From: Eledone cirrhosa
Lineage: Eukaryota
Assembly: GCA_964016885.1 (NCBI GenBank)
Contig: OZ024742.1
Coordinates: 247,566,001 to 247,630,000 of the forward strand
Direction of reading: 5' to 3'
Length of the DNA: 64,000 nucleotides
The first letter of the stretch is position 1; each line of letters opens with the position of its first letter. The position numbers were made by a program, and so were the translations under genes. The notes beneath the pieces were generated by a model that was not told where the DNA came from, made no database searches, and was given only the letters and a program-made list of their open reading frames with translations. This document shows, piece after piece, positions 1 to 12,629 of this stretch.

Positions 1-166
1 ATTAGAAATTGGAATAAATGCTCTGAAATAGCGATATATATGTGAATATAGACATAGAATATTCGAAAATATTCTGTATGTTTATAATAAACATTTTGAA
101 GACCTAATCGCTATAGAATAGAATACGTCACGTATTACAATTAGATTCTCGATAAAAGCAAGGGAA

Positions 167-209
167 GTAATCTACGCGTTTCATTCTCGTTAGAAATCAT
201 CAGGACTAC
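167..209 (-). ncRNA. Minimal type I hammerhead ribozyme (repeated at 477, 787, 1097, 1407, 1717, 2027)
   Basis: Minus strand reads GTAGTC-CTGATGA-T TTCT AACG AGAA T-GAAA-CGCG-TA-GATTAC. Intact core, helix I GTAGTC/GATTAC, helix II TTCT/AGAA, palindromic helix III CGCG, GUA cleavage triplet. Helix I is extended by TTCTCGATAAAAGCA/TGCTTTTATCGAGAA. Confidence 0.88.
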
Positions 210-2523
210 ATATCCAGTGCTTTTATCGAGAATGACACAGCTAGAGACTTATAGAATACTTAGCTGTGTACAGGAACTGGTTTGAAAGAGCGGTTGCCGG
301 TCCGGCAGAAATTAGAAATTGGAATAAATGCTCTGAAATAGCGATATATATGTGAATATAGACATAGAATATTCGAAAATATTCTGTATGTTTATAATAA
401 ACATTTTGAAGACCTAATCGCTATAGAATAGAATACGTCACGTATTACAATTAGATTCTCGATAAAAGCAAGGGAAGTAATCTACGCGTTTCATTCTCGT
501 TAGAAATCATCAGGACTACATATCCAGTGCTTTTATCGAGAATGACACAGCTAGAGACTTATAGAATACTTAGCTGTGTACAGGAACTGGTTTGAAAGAG
601 CGGTTGCCGGTCCGGCAGAAATTAGAAATTGGAATAAATGCTCTGAAATAGCGATATATATGTGAATATAGACATAGAATATTCGAAAATATTCTGTATG
701 TTTATAATAAACATTTTGAAGACCTAATCGCTATAGAATAGAATACGTCACGTATTACAATTAGATTCTCGATAAAAGCAAGGGAAGTAATCTACGCGTT
801 TCATTCTCGTTAGAAATCATCAGGACTACATATCCAGTGCTTTTATCGAGAATGACACAGCTAGAGACTTATAGAATACTTAGCTGTGTACAGGAACTGG
901 TTTGAAAGAGCGGTTGCCGGTCCGGCAGAAATTAGAAATTGGAATAAATGCTCTGAAATAGCGATATATATGTGAATATAGACATAGAATATTCGAAAAT
1001 ATTCTGTATGTTTATAATAAACATTTTGAAGACCTAATCGCTATAGAATAGAATACGTCACGTATTACAATTAGATTCTCGATAAAAGCAAGGGAAGTAA
1101 TCTACGCGTTTCATTCTCGTTAGAAATCATCAGGACTACATATCCAGTGCTTTTATCGAGAATGACACAGCTAGAGACTTATAGAATACTTAGCTGTGTA
1201 CAGGAACTGGTTTGAAAGAGCGGTTGCCGGTCCGGCAGAAATTAGAAATTGGAATAAATGCTCTGAAATAGCGATATATATGTGAATATAGACATAGAAT
1301 ATTCGAAAATATTCTGTATGTTTATAATAAACATTTTGAAGACCTAATCGCTATAGAATAGAATACGTCACGTATTACAATTAGATTCTCGATAAAAGCA
1401 AGGGAAGTAATCTACGCGTTTCATTCTCGTTAGAAATCATCAGGACTACATATCCAGTGCTTTTATCGAGAATGACACAGCTAGAGACTTATAGAATACT
1501 TAGCTGTGTACAGGAACTGGTTTGAAAGAGCGGTTGCCGGTCCGGCAGAAATTAGAAATTGGAATAAATGCTCTGAAATAGCGATATATATGTGAATATA
1601 GACATAGAATATTCGAAAATATTCTGTATGTTTATAATAAACATTTTGAAGACCTAATCGCTATAGAATAGAATACGTCACGTATTACAATTAGATTCTC
1701 GATAAAAGCAAGGGAAGTAATCTACGCGTTTCATTCTCGTTAGAAATCATCAGGACTACATATCCAGTGCTTTTATCGAGAATGACACAGCTAGAGACTT
1801 ATAGAATACTTAGCTGTGTACAGGAACTGGTTTGAAAGAGCGGTTGCCGGTCCGGCAGAAATTAGAAATTGGAATAAATGCTCTGAAATAGCGATATATA
1901 TGTGAATATAGACATAGAATATTCGAAAATATTCTGTATGTTTATAATAAACATTTTGAAGACCTAATCGCTATAGAATAGAATACGTCACGTATTACAA
2001 TTAGATTCTCGATAAAAGCAAGGGAAGTAATCTACGCGTTTCATTCTCGTTAGAAATCATCAGGACTACATATCCAGTGCTTTTATCGAGAATGACACAG
2101 CTAGAGACTTATAGAATACTTAGCTGTGTACAGGAACTGGTTTGAAAGAGCGGTTGCCGGTCCGGCAGAAATTAGAAATTGGAATAAATGCTCTGAAATA
2201 GCGATATATATGTGAATATAGACATAGAATATTCGAAAATATTCTGTATGTTTATAATAAACATTTTGAAGACCTAATCGCTATAGAATAGAATACGTCA
2301 CGTATTACAATTAGATTCTCGATAAAAGCAAGGGAAGTAATCTACGCGTTTCATTCTCGAATATTCTATGTCTATATTCACATATATATCGCTATTTCAG
2401 AGCATTTATTCCAATTTCTAATTTCTGCCGGACCGGCAACCGCTCTTTCAAACCAGTTCCTGTACACAGCTAAGTATTCTATAAGTCTCTAGCTGTGTCA
2501 TTCTCGATAAAAGCACTGGATAT

Positions 2524-2566
2524 GTAGTCCTGATGATTTCTAACGAGAATGAAACGCGTAGATTAC
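2524..2566 (+). ncRNA. Minimal type I hammerhead ribozyme in inverted terminal copy
   Basis: GTAGTC CTGATGA(2530-2536) TTTCTAACGAGAAT GAAA CGCG TA GATTAC; predicted cleavage after A2560. Confidence 0.88.
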
Positions 2567-2709
2567 TTCCCTTGCTTTTATCGAGAATCTAATTGTAATA
2601 CGTGACGTATTCTATTCTATAGCGATTAGGTCTTCAAAATGTTTATTATAAACATACAGAATATTTTCGAATATTCTATGTCTATATTCATATATATATA
2701 TATATATTA

Positions 2710-3317
2710 TATATAACCAAGAATGTATGTATGTCTGTCTGACTCCCTAAACTTGAGAACCACCCAACCGAGTTTTTTGAAACTTTACACATGTAATACT
2801 TATGGTTGTGTGAGTGTTTTGAGCCAGAACTATTTCAAATTTTCATATATAATATATAATTATATATATATATATATATTTATATATTCCTGTACAGATA
2901 TTTTGCATACACAATAACAACATATAAACAAACGTATTTATTTCGAGTGGCTCGATAAGGATAAATATATATCAAATATATAAGAACCCTAGTTCAAATA
3001 TTGTTCTCATTGCTGACTAGGTAGAAGAGGATATAGACGATTGGCTGAAGAAGGACGAGACTGTGTTAGTAGTACGACTAACGGCTGCTATCACACCAAC
3101 AGCAGCAAAAACAACAACAAAAAAGAGAGGGAACGCAATTACATGCTTTTGAAAAGTCTAAATGGAAAATTATTTGCGTATTCACCCAAAGCGACTTCAC
3201 TTTTTATTAGGACTTCTGCATCAATTTGTGAACATACGACGAAACTGTTTCAGAAAAGAAGGATAAATATGCCAATCTATGTTTAGAATCCCGAGCAACG
3301 CCGGGCCATTCTGCTAG
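2710..3317 (+). mobile_element. Non-autonomous Helitron-like element
   Basis: 3' end CCCGAGCAACGCCGGG hairpin followed by CTAG|T (3314-3317); 5' region with TGTATGTCTGTC repeats typical of Helitron-derived short elements. 5' boundary uncertain. Confidence 0.6.
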
Positions 3318-3325
3318 TTTATATA

Positions 3326-4452
3326 TCTATAATATAAAGCTGACGGTCGTATGTATGTAACAAACTTTTCGCCAAACGAATGGACCAAATTTGCACCATA
3401 GATGTAACTTTTTCGTTTAAAAATGTGAGGGTATTTTCGTGTACTGAATTTTGTTAAAAGATTAAAGACATTATTTAAATATTCACTTCTTTAAAATTTC
3501 AAATGTCAACACTTTCGGTTTTACGACATTCCTCGCTCTTTCTTAATCTGTCTTTGTAGATAGATACATAGCTATGACGTCGCGCCCTAATAATATGTCT
3601 CTGTATGTCTGGCTGTCTGCATTATATACATAGCTATGACGTCGCATAATATTCCTCTCTTTTTCTTAGTCTATCTTTTTAGATAGATACACATCTATAA
3701 CGTCGCGCCCTTATAATAAGTCTCTGCATGTCTGGCTGTCTACATTAGATAACGTTTTTCGAAATATTTACTTCTGCGTTCACAGATTGATTTTTTTAGT
3801 TTCAGAAGATCCCGTTAAGGGTGAAAGCAGCGATTCTTGGCTTAAACTTTAATCTGTTATTTTAATATATATATATATTCGTGTAAATATATTTTTGCGT
3901 ACACAAAAACAAAATATAAACGAACCTATTTATTTAACGAAAGCACAGACGGCTTATTGTCATTGTTACTGCCGATATGCCACCCAAAATGTCCCAGCCT
4001 GGTCACAAGATCAGATTTTCCAGAAGAAAAAATGTTACTAGAGTCTGAAGATGATCATGAACGTCGCCTTCAGCAGATGAGGACTCAAGCGAGAGCTATT
4101 CGATCAGCCCAGTCTCAAGAACAACGCCTGTCACGCCTTCAGCAACTGAGGTTCCTTGCAGAAGGCAGGAAAGCAACACAGACAGAACAAGCCAGATTAG
4201 AGCAGGTGAGTTCACAAGCTGATTGCATCAGCATTGTATTATAGCATCAGTGTGCCATACCGATCCTTGCAAAACTGAGTCCGATTCTTAACTATTCAAA
4301 CCCAACATCAGAACACGTTAACGCCCCCCCCCCCGCTGACTTGAGAGGGAGTGCGGTATCTTTGCACTGGTGGTGGTGGTGGGGGGGGGGGGTTCCTGAA
4401 AAGATAAAATGCCGGTATACTTAGCCGGGCGCCAGCCAGACGAACCAGCTAG
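3326..4452 (+). mobile_element. Non-autonomous Helitron-like element with RepHel N-terminal remnant
   Basis: Starts A|TC (3326) and ends CTAG|T (4449-4452). Internal duplication ~3557-3630/3679-3750. Shares the 3891-3935 segment with 2900-2943 of the neighbouring element. Confidence 0.6.
4032..4206 (+). pseudogene. Fragment resembling the ESxEERxxRL (STPR-like) repeats of animal Helitron RepHel N-termini
   Basis: ESEDDHERRLQQMRTQARAIRSAQSQEQRLSRLQQLRFLAEGRKATQTEQARLEQ, located inside a TC...CTAG element. Confidence 0.55.
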
Positions 4453-4855
4453 TATAATATATATATATATATATGCATATATGTAGCAGTAAATAAATAT
4501 ATACTTACTTTGTAATTAAATGTATTTTCCTTCTGCGGAAGAATTATGTTACGTAGGTAAATTGGCTGAAGTGTGAGCCAATCAAACCCTTCGGCGGAGC
4601 AATACGAGTTACTGGACTACTTAGACTAGATGACGTAAGTGAACTCACAGAGAATTGAGTTTCCGGAAATACTTGCTCGCATCAAAACGTCAATTCTTCG
4701 ATACAGATCAACCTTTTCTTGTCTTTATACTAATTCCATGCTTATTCCACGAATAAACGGAATTACATATTTATAATGGATTTCATCGTTATTTTATGCC
4801 TTCTGAATCAACTAACACTTGTAGCGACTAATAATCTTCATTATATATATACTCA

Positions 4856-5045
4856 GGCGGTGGATTGGCAGTATTGGTAGAGTGTCGGATGCCATGCTTT
4901 GGCGCATAGAGTTACGGCCATTGCCATTCTGAGTTCAAATCCCGCCGAGGTTAACTTTGCCTTTCATCCTTACGGGTTCGATAAAATAAAGTACCAGTAA
5001 TACACTAGGTAATTGCTGGCCTTGTGCCTAACGTAGAATCAATTA
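4856..5045 (+). mobile_element. tRNA-head SINE (Meta-domain-like core)
   Basis: A-box-like TGGCAGTATTGG, B-box GAGTTCAAATCCC, core GCCTTTCATCCTTACGGG-TCGATAAAATAAAGTACCAG; more than 12 related copies in the window. Confidence 0.8.
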
Positions 5046-5216
5046 TATATATACTCAAATATAAATATGTATGCATGGCTCTATGCATATGCGTATGTGT
5101 ATATTTTATCATACTTGTTGACATGCTACCATTTTAGCAACTGAATATATATACATACATATTCATACATACATACATACATATTCATACATACATACAT
5201 ACATATACATACATAC

Positions 5217-5248
<32 letters not shown>

Positions 5249-5625
5249 TCAATCCAATTGAATCCCTCAGTCCAGGACCTTCTCAGTCCTGCTGGAGAAA
5301 CCCTTCACCTCTTCCTGTTTAGTTTTGGTCATGTCAGGGTTGTAACCGTAATTACCACACTTGGCCACTTGTGTGAGTCTTTTTAACCCATAGCTGGGAT
5401 GGATGGCCTTGACTCTCAGGATTTCATTCACTATTTTTACAGACATTTTTTGGGGGGAGGGGGGGTTCTGGAGTTTAACCATCCTCCTTAACAGTGCTAG
5501 CTCATTCTCCCACCACTCGATCATGAAGTAGATTTTACTGTGTTACACCTCCCCCCTCTCTCCCTCTCTCTCTCCACACACACACACACACTTATACATA
5601 TATAAATATGGATTTTATTCTTCAC

Positions 5626-5683
<58 letters not shown>

Positions 5684-5687
<4 letters not shown>

Positions 5688-5953
5688 GAATAAACAAGAG
5701 AGATGAACACTAATATAAACATACATGTCTTCGAATCGTAAGGATTAGGTTAGCTAGGGTGAAAAAATACCAACTACAGCAATATGCTGTAGTTAGTATT
5801 TTTTCACCCTAGCTAACCTAATCCTTACGATACAAACACATGTATGTTTATATTAGTGTTCATCTCTCTTGTTTATTCAATTGTATTACACAACTCGGAA
5901 AAGCTTTTTTGTTAGAGCTATTTAATTGTAAGAGACTACTCTGAGTTCCTAAC

Positions 5954-5957
<4 letters not shown>
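5684..5957 (+). mobile_element. Fold-back insertion in (TA)n (~100-bp arms plus 3' tail)
   Basis: 5684-5780 is the near reverse complement of 5786-5882; unique tail to 5957; (TA)n on both sides. No intact HHR seen. Confidence 0.75.
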
Positions 5958-5995
<38 letters not shown>

Positions 5996-7164
5996 TATAT
6001 GCATTCGTGCGTGTGTGAATCTGCATGTGTGTTTGCATTGTCCCTGTCTGTGTGGGAATGTGTATGTGTGTGTGAAATAGATGACGTACAAATGTTCCTC
6101 ACTGGAATGGGTAGTAGAGACTAAATATTAAAAACATTCTAAACAGACTAGTACTATTTGATCCTTGTTGCAACTTGAATACATAATAGCTGTCGCCAAC
6201 TAACTTTTATACACACATTTGCACGCACACACACAGACACACATACATGCACACATTCATACCCAGACTCACACATACATACCTACACACAAACGCACAC
6301 ATACACACACTCAATCACCCACCACATATACACATATATATGTGATATATTCCAGAATTTTAAAGGTATCGGTTTTGATGTAAATTTTAATGACTTGTCT
6401 GATTAATCCTTGATTGACCTGGTCATGAATTACTGATTAGTTTTTAACCAATTGCTATCGAACTGTGGCAATATTACATCTTCAAATGTTATTTCCTAGC
6501 ATGTTTATCACGTATTTAAACGATGCAGTGACATATATTACGCGCAGTGCTTCTTCCCCTGTAACGTTATCCCTCTAGATATTCCTTCTTTACTCAGGCG
6601 TTAAATTACAGCTGTTCATCTATCCATCCGTAGCCCCTGAGTTCTGTCTGCATTATAAAGGGCAAATGTGTATGATCTTATCGATTTCACAAATCCCCAC
6701 CCCACAGACCAAACTGTAAGGCAAAACTACAAATTCCTAAAATGCATCGAAGCTTAACCCCTATCTTGAATCTCCGTCCGTTTTCACGACGTGTTCCAGC
6801 TGTTCTAAAACAGGAAGTTAACGTCGAAGCTGCTGAATACTCTACAAATAGTTTGATCCTTGACGTAGATCTTAGGGAGAATTATTGCTACAAAATGTCT
6901 TGTATCGTTGATCATGTGAAGTACCAATGCAATTCACGTTTTGCAGCTAAATGGATTGGCAATAATATATCTTGCTCAAAAACATGCCACGTCATCCTGT
7001 CCAGTAATCAAACGTACGATATTGCGATGATGAACTGAATACTTGATAGTTTCTCAAACTTTTGCCCCCACCCCCCCCCACAAGATACTCTGACCACCAC
7101 CTGACCCTATTTCTAGAGAGAACTGTCTATACGGAAATTGTAAATAATAATTTACATATAATAA

Positions 7165-7343
7165 ATAATTGTTTCTACTTTAGGCACAAGGCCAGCAATT
7201 ACCCAGTACATTACTGGTACTTTATTTTATCGACCCCGTAAGGATGAAAGGCAAAGTTAACCTCGGCGGGATTTGAACTCAGACTGTAAAGAGACGTAAC
7301 TATGCTAGAAAGCATGGCGTCCAACCCTCTACCGATACTGCCA
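7165..7343 (-). mobile_element. tRNA-head SINE, same family as 4856
   Basis: Reverse complement of family sequence (TTTATCGACCCCGTAAGGATGAAAGGC...GGGATTTGAACTC). Confidence 0.8.
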
Positions 7344-9619
7344 AAATGTGTATCATTTGATATTTGATATAATATTATATCATATATACCACCACTCCAA
7401 CGCCTCACTACGCCATAGCACCCTCTGGACCTTCTCAACACCCATCAGGGGCCGGTAGCGTCCACTTTGAGAACCTCTGCTTTACGTTAATCCACGTGCC
7501 TTTACCTCAGATAACCTGACAACGATATAACAAGCTTAGACATTTCTAGAATATGTCGTATAACCCATATACATTTCTTTGAAGATAAATCTAAAAGATT
7601 TCGACTCTGATGTAAAGTAATACATTGAGTAGTTCAACATCTCCGTTAAGTATTAATTCTCGAGTAATGTACAGGTTCTTTGAGATGCTGATTCCGAAGA
7701 GCTTCAAACGTTTTACATATATACTTGTAAGTATTCGTTATTACTGATAAATATTTTCCCCGAAATATATCTGATCAGATCCCTAATTGATAACTAAACA
7801 ACATGTGATAACCATGACAACAACTTTTATTGGTAGAACACTGAAGACGAAGATCGGAATCTACTAAATTAGCTGAGTGTTTTCCATAACATGAATAAAT
7901 TCTGCTTTCCCATTTCCCAAGAACACCTGGATTCAGCCAGAGTCAATAGTGACACCCCAATACGGTCGCTTGATCTGCAAGTAATAGCAGACAAATGCTT
8001 CTCAAATCTCAAACAAAAAGTTACTAATATTAAGTGGCATATTAGATATTGTACTTTCCTATATACAAAAAAATTGACGGTCGTTGTTGTACCAACTTTA
8101 ATCATAGCTGAAAGCCATTTAAGCAGACCTAGAAATAAAAATGTTTCCTTGGGTTTTATACCTTAGTGAAATCCGGAAAATACAAAATCAGTGTTTCCAT
8201 ACAGTTTAGCTCATTTCAAGGCTCATCCAGCAAAACGATGATGAAAGCGTTCCTGCCATGATCTTTCCCACATAATAGTTTCAAACAACAAGGCGTACAT
8301 TATATAACTGTACTTTTTTTATAATATAGCGACGTGTGATTTGAGGGAAATTTGGCTGCTATTCCTAAAGACCTCTTCGGTGTGTGTTTATATATTCATT
8401 TAATACAATAAATTCTACCCTTCATTTTGACAGTTCGTAAATATAAGGTACTTTTTAAATGGGAATTGGGCAGGGGGGAATAGAATGATGAATGTGAAGT
8501 CTTTGAAATTATGTTTCGTTCAAGAGAAATTTATGGCAAACAAGAAGTCAAATTGATTCAATTGAGAATCGAACGCGACTCCAACAGATTTCAAATCGAT
8601 TCATTTCTGCGGCAGATTTCAAACATATGTTTCCACACCATCTTAATGTTAAGAAATGACACACATACACACAGACATACAGAGGGAATAGACATACAGA
8701 GGGGGAGAGAGTATCTTCACAACAAGCACAAACTTGGACACACACACATGCATACAGAAATATAAACATATATACCTACACACACACACACAATCACTCA
8801 CATACATACACATACACACACACACACACAGTGTGTCACCTCACAACAATTACCATCCTTTATACACCTCACAATGAATCTGCTGCAGGGTACAATGTGA
8901 GATATGTCGGAAAACTTTTCAAGAAATCGAATCATAGGATGCAAAATAAATCAAAACCACCAAAACCAAAACAACAGCAACGAGTTTAAATAAGAACAAG
9001 TTCAAACAAAGCTATCTTCAGCGAAACAACAATAACAACAATAACAATAACAAAAACAACACCAACAACATTATCAACAACAACAAAAATAACAATAATA
9101 CAATCTCAATAACAACAACAACATAACAACAAAACTATCAACAGTAATCACAAGAACACCAGCATCAACCACATTGATAGGAAAATCATTTGAAACAAAG
9201 ATTGTTTCAGTTTAGTTAGATTAAGTAAAGTTTGCAAGAGTTTCCTTGCCTGTTTGGATATAACCCAAAAGATAAGTTACCTTGAGGGTCTCTAGACTTC
9301 TGAATGTGACAAGCAGAAGTTAGTAAAACGATGGAATATGCCGATGGAATGGTGAGCAACTGATATCTCAACGATTTTACCAATTTTACCAGTCTTGTCT
9401 CGAAGAAACTGCGCAATATATAACAATGCGGTAAGGCATATACAAACATACATACGCACACCCACATACGTAAAGACACACACACATACACACACACACA
9501 CATATATATATATATAATCATACATATATATACCTATACATACGTGCATACATACATACAATCACACACGCATTCATATATGTAGATCCATAAATACGGA
9601 CTTACGTATTCATGGATGT

Positions 9620-10083
9620 ACGATTTATGTAACATCAGCATCTTTCATAATGTTATCCTCATATATGTATATAGTTATGCATGCATCCGTGTATGTATGT
9701 ATGTATTTTTTTTCTCGCGCAATGGCCATACTCGATAACGAGGGGGCAGCCATCATGTATGTATATATGTATTTATTTATATATTTACGTATGCATGTTG
9801 GTATGTCTCTATATATGTATGTATGAATGTATGTATGTACGTATTTATGAGTGTATATAAAAATGTGTGTGTGTGTGTGTATGTATATATAAATATGTGT
9901 TCGTATGTACGTATCCATGAATACGTGCGTATGTACGTATCCATGAATACGTGCGTATGTACGTATCTATGAATACGTACGTATCCGTGAATACGTGCGT
10001 ATGTACGTATCTATGAATACGTACGTATCCATGAATACGTACATACGCACGTATTCATGGATACGTACATACGCACACATATT

Positions 10084-10116
<33 letters not shown>

Positions 10117-10329
10117 TTTTATATACACTCATAAATACGTACATACATACATTGATACATACATATATAGATATATACCAACATGCATACGTAAATATAT
10201 AAATAAATACATATATACATACATACATACATACATGCATACATACATACATACATACACGCATGCATGCATACATATATATATATATGAGGATAACATT
10301 AAGAAATATGCTGATGTTACATGAATCGT
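9620..10329. repeat. Long imperfect inverted repeat with central 24/16-bp minisatellite
   Basis: ~9620-9935 is the reverse complement of ~10038-10329 (ORFs 9625- and 9995+ give near-identical peptides). The centre is GCGTATGTACGTATCCATGAATAC repeats. Confidence 0.8.
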
Positions 10330-10912
10330 TTTATTCATTATAATTATTTCAACGGTTCCCCATACAATCAAGATGTAATTCATGCATTATTTCTTATTTA
10401 TTTTATTATTATTCTCACAGTCATCTGACTGCGGCCATGCGGGCGACTACCTTTGCAAATTCTTTTACTCAATCATAGTGCCTGCAGTATTTATTATATT
10501 CTCGTACTGATTTTTACCGACTTCTGTCAATTGATTAACTACGTTATGCTTTGAAATAATCATAACGCAAAAATAATATTTTACATCGGTAACCATTACC
10601 AAAGACACGGAACCTGCGTCAGACTCATTTCTATATATGAATGTATGTATGTATTTGTGTATGTATGTATGTATGCATGTATGTATCTATGTATGTATGC
10701 ATGTATGTATATATGTATTTATGTATGTGTTTTTGTGCGTATGTCTGTATGTATGCATTTATGTATGTATGTATGAATATATGTATGTATGTATCTATAT
10801 ATGTATGTATTTTTATATGTATGTATTTATGTATGTATATATGTATGCATGTTTGTAATGGGCTTCCGAGGAGCTTTCGATAAAAAATTAACATGAAGAA
10901 AGCATTTGTCAA

Positions 10913-10989
10913 CTAGACGCTATATGGTTTATATTACAAGGCACTTGACTAAGATATCATGTCATATCATTTTTACATACATTCAAAGA

Positions 10990-11053
<64 letters not shown>

Positions 11054-11130
11054 TCTTTGAATGTATGTAACAATTGTATGACATGATATCTTATTCAAGT
11101 GCCTTGTAATATAAAGCATATAGCGTCCAG
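10913..11130. repeat. Inverted repeat (~80-bp arms) centred on (TA)n
   Basis: GACGCTATATG...CATTCAAAGATGCA (TA)n TGCATCTTTGAATG...CATATAGCGTC. Confidence 0.85.
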
Positions 11131-12109
11131 TGTGTATATATATATATATATACACAAACATACACATATACAGACACGCACGCACACACACCAACACACA
11201 CACGCAGGCACGCACGCACACACACGCACACATATATGCATATATATATGTATATATATATGTATATATGTGTATGTGTTTATATGTAAATGATGTATGT
11301 AAATGTGTACCTGTTTGAATATATGTACGTAGACATGTATATATATGTATATATATATGTGTATGTGTGTGTGTGTGTGTGTGTATATAGAATGTGTGTA
11401 TATATATATATAAATATATATAAATATATATATTATGTATTACATCATAGCTGTTAGATATTTCTATCGTTGCCATTATTATATTTTATTATATATTTCC
11501 AAAATTATGTCTATTTTATCTCCATAATATTGTATTATATCATGTATTGCATTATATCTAAACTACATTCTACAGTGTTATTTTATATTTGATATATTAT
11601 ATATCATCCATCATATCTACCATATGGAATATGGAAACCTTATGCATATTGGTTAGAGCGTTGGGTTAACAATTACAAAGTCATGCGTTGTGTTTTTGCG
11701 CAAGGCACTTGATTTAACTGTCTCCAGTGTTCCCAGCTGGTATATGCATATATACCAGTGATAGTTGGGGGGGGGGGGGGTCAGATCCGAGTTATTGACC
11801 TTCAATCCATGTGTGTCTTGTATTCTTAATCAAGAAACATATAACAGGCCTGCTCAACAGCATGCACGCAAGAAGTAATTGACTTAGAAATCCTACTTTC
11901 CTTAATATATGAATCTAACTATCAATTTGTGTAAATATTTATCTATCTATCTATCTTGTTATATTTTATTTTATTTTTATATTTTGTTATTGCCTCCTCC
12001 TTATTGAGGACGCCTTGTTATGTAAACTCCCCCATTGTACTTGTACCACTTTTTGATGCCCTGGTGGCAAATAAAAAGAAAATTATCTATCTATCTATCT
12101 ATCTATCAA

Positions 12110-12208
<99 letters not shown>

Positions 12209-12304
12209 TTAATAAATATTTGCTCTACGGTTCTTATATATTTGATATATACTTATCCTTATAGAGCACTCTTTGGATTTTAGTCTTCAAATTTATTATT
12301 ATTA

Positions 12305-12361
<57 letters not shown>

Positions 12362-12362
<1 letters not shown>

Positions 12363-12546
12363 TTTATTCCGGGTTGAATCGGAGGTAACCACAGTAAGTA
12401 AGGTACTCAATACATTGCAGAGTATAAAAGTTTTAATATAGATGAGATTCTACAGGACTAGAACTGTTTCATTCTTTAGAAATTCCTGATGATTTCTAAA
12501 GAATGAAACAGTTCTAGTCCTGTAGAATCTCATCTATATTAAAACC
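12362..12546 (-). mobile_element. Fold-back insertion in (TA)n with partial HHR at the fold
   Basis: Arms ~12430-12483/12492-12545. Plus strand CTGATGA TTTCTAAAGAAT GAAACAGTTC at 12486-12514 lacks the 5' half of helix I. Flanked by (TA)n. Confidence 0.75.
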
Positions 12547-12568
12547 TATATATATATATATATGCATA

Positions 12569-12619
<51 letters not shown>

Positions 12620-12629
12620 GTGTGTATAT

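Larger units (their letters stand above)
1..2690 (-). mobile_element. Retrozyme/PLE-type tandem array: 310-bp units (7.6 copies in window) plus terminal inverted copy
   Basis: ATTAGAAATTGG recurs at 1, 311, 621, 931, 1241, 1551, 1861 and 2171, with no differences seen between units. 2359-2690 is the reverse complement of ~1.07 units, followed by (TA)n. Each unit has an HHR on the minus strand. The array runs off the left edge. Confidence 0.85.

Noticed and set aside
1-2358. CRISPR array or plain satellite
   Set aside because: No variable spacers; eukaryotic context. The HHR and inverted end argue for a retro-derived array rather than simple satellite.
4482-4844. Solo LTR (TGTAG start, internal AATAAA)
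   Set aside because: 3' end is ATA rather than ACA, no second copy, and TSD indistinguishable from TA flanks.
4856-4945. tRNA gene
   Set aside because: A/B boxes belong to the multicopy SINE head; no cloverleaf.
5267-8166. ORFs 5267-5524, 6742-7038, 7869-8105 and 7891-8166 as host exons
   Set aside because: No recognisable domains or consistent splice structure; cannot be supported without homology or RNA data.
9328-9430. Possible exon (…QRFYQFYQSCLEETAQ…, followed by GTAAGG)
   Set aside because: Short, with an in-frame stop immediately upstream, no convincing acceptor and no partner exons.
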